Source: Octopus sinensis (taxonomy: Eukaryota). From it: a stretch of 27,115 bases of DNA. Under the pieces are notes generated by a model. It was not told the origin of the DNA. It was given only the letters and a program-made list of their open reading frames with translations, and did not search any database. Location: the NCBI RefSeq assembly GCF_006345805.1, contig NW_021827558.1:1-27115 (forward strand), read 5' to 3'. The number at the start of each line of letters is the position of its first letter. Position 1 is the first letter of the stretch. Of this stretch, positions 22,201 through 27,115 are shown piece after piece. A program made the position numbers and the translations under genes.

Positions 22201-22353
22201 TTTTCCATGAATAGATTGGAATAGAATACAATAGGATACACAAAAATAAGACAATACAATAGATACACAGAAAATAGATAATACAATGTTTAAAGTCAGT
22301 TTAACCAAAAAAAATTTTTAATAATTAAAAAATAGTTGCGAGATTTAGAATTT

Positions 22354-22445
22354 GGCGAGCAATAGAGGTTTCTTTAGAAATTCTCAATTTTTTTGGAAAA
22401 AAGTGGCGAGCAATAGAGATGGCGACCAATAGAGGTTTGACCGTA
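22354..22445. mobile_element. Single terminus of a second pogo/Tigger family with three subterminal repeats
   Basis: GGCGA(G/C)CAATAGAG at 22354, 22405 and 22421, ending GGTTTGACCG|TA; same layout as the Tigger end at 13929-14037. Confidence 0.7.
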
Positions 22446-22447
22446 TG

Positions 22448-22635
22448 CTAATAATCAGGAATTTCAATCTTTTAATTCCAAATATCTCCATAAGTTAATG
22501 AGATCGGCTATGTATCTATCACGCAGGCCTCTCGCAATGATTGCGTAATATGAGTTTTTGGTGTCATCAATCTCTTTGACTAATCGTCTTATTTTTATTA
22601 TTATACCTCACTAGAAAACATAATTTTACTAAGAT
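22448..22635 (-). mobile_element. Ginger-c transposase fragment (not in ORF track), close to Ginger-b
   Basis: SKRLMTPKTHIT(P)IIARGLRDRYIADLINLWRYLELKD*NS*LLA. Cut at the TA of the pogo terminus. Confidence 0.75.
22580..22606 (-). other. Candidate 27-nt intron (GTATAATAATAAAAATAAGACGATTAG) at the same position as 16762-16787
   Basis: Followed directly by TCA AAG AGA TTG ATG (SKRLM). The preceding TGTTTTCTAGTGAG reads C-F-L-C-E if one lost T is allowed. Confidence 0.65.
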
Positions 22636-22656
22636 GTCAATTCTATTTTAAATTAT

Positions 22657-23200
22657 CTAATTAAAAATCCAAATCTTCAGTGATTTCTTTTCTTCGCTTG
22701 GAAGAAGAGTTTTCCGTAAACTTCCTTTCATTTCTATTTCTGCGTCAATGATTTTATTCAACTGAGTGTCCTCACGACATGCCAGCTCCGCAAGTTGATT
22801 GGCGGCACAGGCGTACTCCTCGCTGTCTACCTTCATCCCATGTCTGTACTCGATAAGCATACTCTCTGGCGTCCTCTTAACCACAACCGACTGGATTTAT
22901 GTCCTCGTTTCTTCTTCAATGGATAACTTGTCCACATGACTTTTAAAGAACTTTGAGACAACTCCGTCTTATGTTAAGACAATTAAAATAATCTTCACTT
23001 TTGCTTCATTGAAAACCGACAGTTTGTTTGCAAACAAGTCATATTTGTGAAATTTCTCCATTTCAACTTGCTTTAAACGGTCTTGCGAGGTAATTCTCAC
23101 TTCGATTAAATCAATTTCCTTTTTCCTAGACAAAAACAGTTTTTAAAAACATTTTCAATCTCATTTCGAGTGAAACCGTAAATTTTTTCTGACAGCTGAT
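22657..23200 (-). mobile_element. R4/NeSL-like RLE C-terminal fragment with internal deletions
   Basis: KNLRFHS; EIDLIEVRITSQDRLKQVEMEKFHKYDLFANKL...LT*DGVV...IQSVVVKRTPES. Confidence 0.8.
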
Positions 23201-23262
23201 TTTTCACATTTATCGTGAAACGCCACCACGTCGTAGGTTATTATTATTATTTAAGCCATGCG

Positions 23263-23702
23263 ACGTTCCGATCAGAATTAAAACAGAATTTGACATTAAA
23301 TGTTATTTATTTTATTTTTAAATGTTTTTAATTTATGAATTAACTACGATAAATTATTACGCACGTTATATTATTTTCTTTTGTTGTGCGTGTATGCAGT
23401 TAATTCTTATTTTATTTTTTCGTGCTTTTATGTTTTAATTTTATAATTTTTGTTTTTTTATTTGTTTGACTATTATTAAATTGATTGCTGGTAAAATATC
23501 TTGCATAAAGTATATTTTGCAAGTGAATTTGTATTCATTTTATCAATTAATTAATATGCATTTATATAGACTTTTTTAAATTTATTTCTTTCTAACATTT
23601 TATTCTTTATTCTGATTTTTTATAATATTCTGATCTTTTCTACTATTCTGATTTTTTCTAATATTTTGATCTTTTTCTAGTCTTTTTTAATTAATTAAAC
23701 TT
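23263..23702. repeat. RepA copy 4 (subtype A2)
   Basis: Near-identical to copy 3. Confidence 0.92.
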
Positions 23703-23941
23703 TTGTTTCTAGTCGTTACATTCTTTATTCGCAAAGTGATGCTGGTAGGCAAGCTCGCCTCTTTCTTTTCCAGGTACTGACAGCCATTGGCGATGTTGAA
23801 GACACACTTATTTGGTGATAAATCTCGGCGATGGTTCGCCGAAAAATAATATCTAATGATGTGATGGTTTGCCGACAAATAATCCTATTTTTATTATGGA
23901 AATTCAAAGAAAAAAAGATCAAGAGTAAATTATCGTTATTC

Positions 23942-24393
23942 TTAAATTACTTCAGAATTTGAGCATTTATTCAAATACGTTAACATCTTTCTGTAGAAGG
24001 ATCCGCAATGTTCACTTGTTATTTCGTTGAATTTAGATGTAATTAGGCATCTAAGATCTTTTTCATTCTTGGCTTTACGACGGACTACCAAGTTTTCCAT
24101 ACTGAAAAAACATTTGGTGGCAAAAATTTCCTGATTATAGTTGATACTTCAGTATCATTTTCCAGTCCACGGTAGTGATGAATCCTCGCATTATCCATAA
24201 TAAAAATAGGATTAGTAATATCTTTCGATAAACATAATGCTTTTATTTCTAGTAAAACGGTTTTGAAATCTTCTGCGTTAACTGCCTTATCATGAATTTT
24301 ATGGAATAACATCCCATATTTATTCATTGCAGCTACCACCGATGTGTTTCGACTGCGGGATGCCGAAACTGATAAATATACAGTGCACGACAA
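23942..24393 (-). mobile_element. IS630/Tc1-like (DDE_3) transposase fragment
   Basis: SRNTSVVAAM, IFIMDNARIHH, FLPP|NVFSVWK, then (frameshift) NLVVRRKAKNEKDL...HCGSFYRKML..*. Confidence 0.8.
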
Positions 24394-24579
24394 AAGTAAC
24401 CGGACAGCAAAATTTCCATTATTTTAAGTCATTTTAAAACTTTTTTCACATAAATCACCCTTTGTACTTAATTTACACGAAACATTTTTTACATTTTAAT
24501 TTTTTTTCAATTGTAACTTTTTTAGTTATAAATTTAATAATGTCAGTTATAAATTCAGAGAAGAGATTGATTTGAGAAA

Positions 24580-24990
24580 TCAATTGAGAAGCCCGCTGCT
24601 GATGGAAAGCGAGTTCCCTCGGAGTATGGCTATTCCGACCTTTGTCTTAGCCATACACCTTCACGGGATCATTTTTCTTTGTGGCGAGCTTCTTCCGAGT
24701 TCGCGCAAGAACTCGGCAGTCGCTGGGCCAAAGCTCTGATGACTCAGCCGCAACAGGTGAATCTGTAGCGGTCCCCGAGGAAGGAATATTTTTGGTTTTA
24801 AGGTTTTCCGCGATTGAGGCAGCTGCTCCAGTGTCTGAACCGATTTAAGGAGATTCGTGCTTGAGTAAGTATCGACGCAAGTTGCGTCCAGACCAAAGAT
24901 CGTCCGGAGTTAAAGGGAAAAGAGTCATCCCGTCAGGTCTCTTTCCATCACCTCGATCGAGACCCATGGTTCAAGCTGTGCTGGGAATTT
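24580..24990 (-). mobile_element. CRE-like RLE 3' fragment, frameshifted
   Basis: [24 protein letters not shown]...WDATCVDTYS...IAILRGNSLSISSGLLN*. Confidence 0.82.
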
Positions 24991-25039
24991 TTTTTTATTA
25001 TAAAATTTTTTTTTGTCAAAAATTGTTAATCAATTATTT

Positions 25040-26480
25040 TAGAATGACCTCAGGATAGCGTGTGAATTTCCGCGGACAATTGCACGCGAAATCCTCTGGA
25101 AGAGCCACGACGTCTCCCGCGGATCACCTGTTTTTTTTGGTGATTAGACCACCCAATCTTCGAATGAACGAAAAACTCTCTGATCCAAAGACTCCGGAAG
25201 TCTCCACAGCGATCTGCTGGAAAAGATATCTGTCTGCCAGGAAAGAGTATTTCTTTTTCTTCAACTCTTCAAACGTTTTGCAGCAGAGCCAGGAAAGGAT
25301 GCCCAACTTCCGAATGAAGAAGGTCCAAACGTGTCAGGGCAGGTAAAATCCCAAACAAGTGCTTTCCCTCTCGTGTACGGGTAGATGGTTACGCCGTCTG
25401 GGCGTTTGCCATCTCCTCTATCGAGACCAGCTGGTTCGAGTTGAGAGTGGAATCCGGCAGCGTCCATGGCCCTTTTGATGATGTCATTGCGGCGGAATGT
25501 CGGGGAAACGACCGGCGCTACGAGTGCAAGAAAGTGGGTGCCTTCCCAATGGACCAATCCTCTTTCCACATTTGCAGGGGTGTGGGGGTGCACATCGGTA
25601 AGCCGAGACGTAGACATAGGCCGATCCTAATGGTATCGTTGTCCAGTTTACAGCCGGTAGACGCAATAGGACAAGCGCTTATCCAGGAGCCAGAATTGGG
25701 TTGTGCACCCGATCTGAGACATATGATCCGTTCTTGGTCCATGCACAGTTCGATAACTTTGTAAGTCTCCTCTGCACCAGATTTCGTCCCAATGTCTCTG
25801 TGAAGATTCCACTTCGGGAATCTCAGACCATGACTGCTCCAAGACTCGAGCCGTTTTGCATCCACCGACACGGGGTACATTCATTTAAAGACTTGAGAAT
25901 GACGCCGATGAGGGGACCACAAAATGATCGTGAGGCCAAATAGGCTGGAAGAGCCAAGTCGGTAGGTGAACGGAGACCGATACCTCCAATACGAATAGGT
26001 AGGGAAGCTTGTTTCCATGCGAGATCATCAAGTTGCACATTACAAATAAGTTCGGCATGACGACGAATGATAGAGTCTATTGACCCAAGATGTTTAGGAT
26101 GAAGGAAACATGGAGATGAACGGAGGATATACAGAATTTTTGGAATGGATAAAAAATTCTTCAAGAGGAACAAGCCTTCATGTGCATCTAGCTGGGATAA
26201 CCGACTCGCTGCTTGTTCCATATTTGATGTCTTTTCCATCAAAATTTTTTCTGTTGCCTGACCGTGGAGAGGAGAGCCGAGAATAATAAGGTCTTCCTTT
26301 TGGGTTATTCTGATTTCAGGAATGAGTGAGGTAAAGTTTCTGTGGATTTCATCGAAAGAGGCCACGTAAAGATTAGTCAGCTCACACTTTGACGGATTCA
26401 AGGATAACCCGATGTGGCCGAGCCGAGAGGATATCATAAGGGCGTCTTTGAAGGCTGGAATCTGCTTTAGACGGTGCTCA
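25040..26480 (-). mobile_element. CRE-like retrotransposon 3' third (end of RT, thumb, zinc knuckle, RLE), frameshifted
   Basis: IGLSLNPSKCEL, ILGSPL, QASLPIRIGGIGLR, RLGLP, PCKCG..GRHPLSC, KRPDG..WDFTCPDT, VETSG, WLFQRISRAIVRGNSHAIL*. Confidence 0.9.
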
Positions 26481-26664
26481 CTCTTCATTAAGAAATGAAC
26501 GACAAAATAACGAAAAAACAAAAATTCTTATTAGTGATTTTACAATCAGTTTTATTTGAAGTGAAAACAGAATCGGAAAGAAGATTTGAAGCAGTAATTT
26601 GTACATTAAATTTAAAGCATAAATAATTAAGAGGTGCGACAAAAGAAACCGACAGACAAAAATA

Positions 26665-27115
26665 ATAATAATAAGTATCTAGAATTGCCTCCTTTGGCAT
26701 TATACACTGCGTAGCTTCTATCCTTCATTGGTAAAATTAGTTTTTGTATGAACTCTATCGGGATTGATCTCCAAATTTGGATAATTTCCTCTTTTAGGTC
26801 ATTGTGACATGTTGGGGTTTTTTCATCTATTTTTCTTTTCATATATGCCCAGACGTGCTCAATGGGATTGAGATCAGGTGACTGGGCCGGCCATGAAAGA
26901 ACTTTGATTTGATTTTCGTTGAAATATTCCGTCACAATTTTTGCTTTGTGGCAGGGAGCATTGTCCTGTTGGAATGTGAAATCCGTTAAATTCATTTTTG
27001 CTGCAGATTCTATCAGGTTATTCGTCAACAAATTCACATATCGTCCACTGTTTAACGTACCATCAAAAAAAACTAAATTCCCCCACTCCGTTGTATGAGA
27101 TGCATCCCAAACCAT
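26665..27115 (-). mobile_element. Tc1 DD34E transposase C-terminal part (continues beyond the window)
   Basis: FQQDNAPCH...WPAQSPDLNPIEHVW...KGGNSRY in one open frame. Confidence 0.88.

Noticed and set aside
975-25943. Plus-strand ORFs in the track (e.g. 975..1163, 6293..6592, 7802..8095, 14757..15011, 25441..25764)
   Set aside because: Antisense shadows of minus-strand TE coding regions with no independent motifs.
26661-26674. (AAT)n run at the Tc1 stop as a separate plus-strand LINE tail
   Set aside because: No coding homology or TSD upstream; it may be a simple microsatellite.
1-27115. CRISPR array, rRNA/tRNA genes, telomeric repeat tracts
   Set aside because: No regularly spaced short repeats, no recognisable structural RNA and no tandem TTAGG(G). 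A subtelomeric position cannot be shown from this window.
1-27115. Naming the host organism
   Set aside because: The TE families recall those of large-genome microsporidia and other AT-rich parasites, and the intron size fits several unrelated lineages, but no host gene is present to decide.

Overview
AT-rich eukaryotic DNA made almost entirely of nested, mostly decayed transposable elements. I found no intact host gene, rRNA, tRNA, CRISPR array or telomere-repeat tract. Contents: three Ginger/integrase(rve)-type DDE transposase copies (one complete element with TGT..ACA ends and a 5-bp TATAA TSD), three Tc1 copies (one full length, IR/DR type), Tigger/pogo, hAT and IS630-like pieces. There are also about ten diverged fragments of CRE-like restriction-endonuclease (RLE) retrotransposons, two with an N-terminal PHD finger, R4/NeSL-like RLE fragments, RTE and other APE-type LINE pieces, and four co-oriented copies of an unclassified ~0.4-kb repeat (RepA). 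Main observations: (1) the Ginger-type transposases are split by 23-27-nt GT..AG inserts whose removal restores colinearity with the paralogous copies, one at a position shared by two copies (candidate spliceosomal mini-introns); (2) 26 of 29 orientable TE pieces, including DNA transposons, lie on the minus strand, which suggests a uni-strand TE-trap/small-RNA cluster, a host + strand transcription unit, or a polarised retro-array; (3) three diverged CRE-like copies are 5'-truncated within about one codon of each other. All family calls come from manual translation and motif recognition without database searches, and many boundaries are approximate (+/- 10-30 bp).
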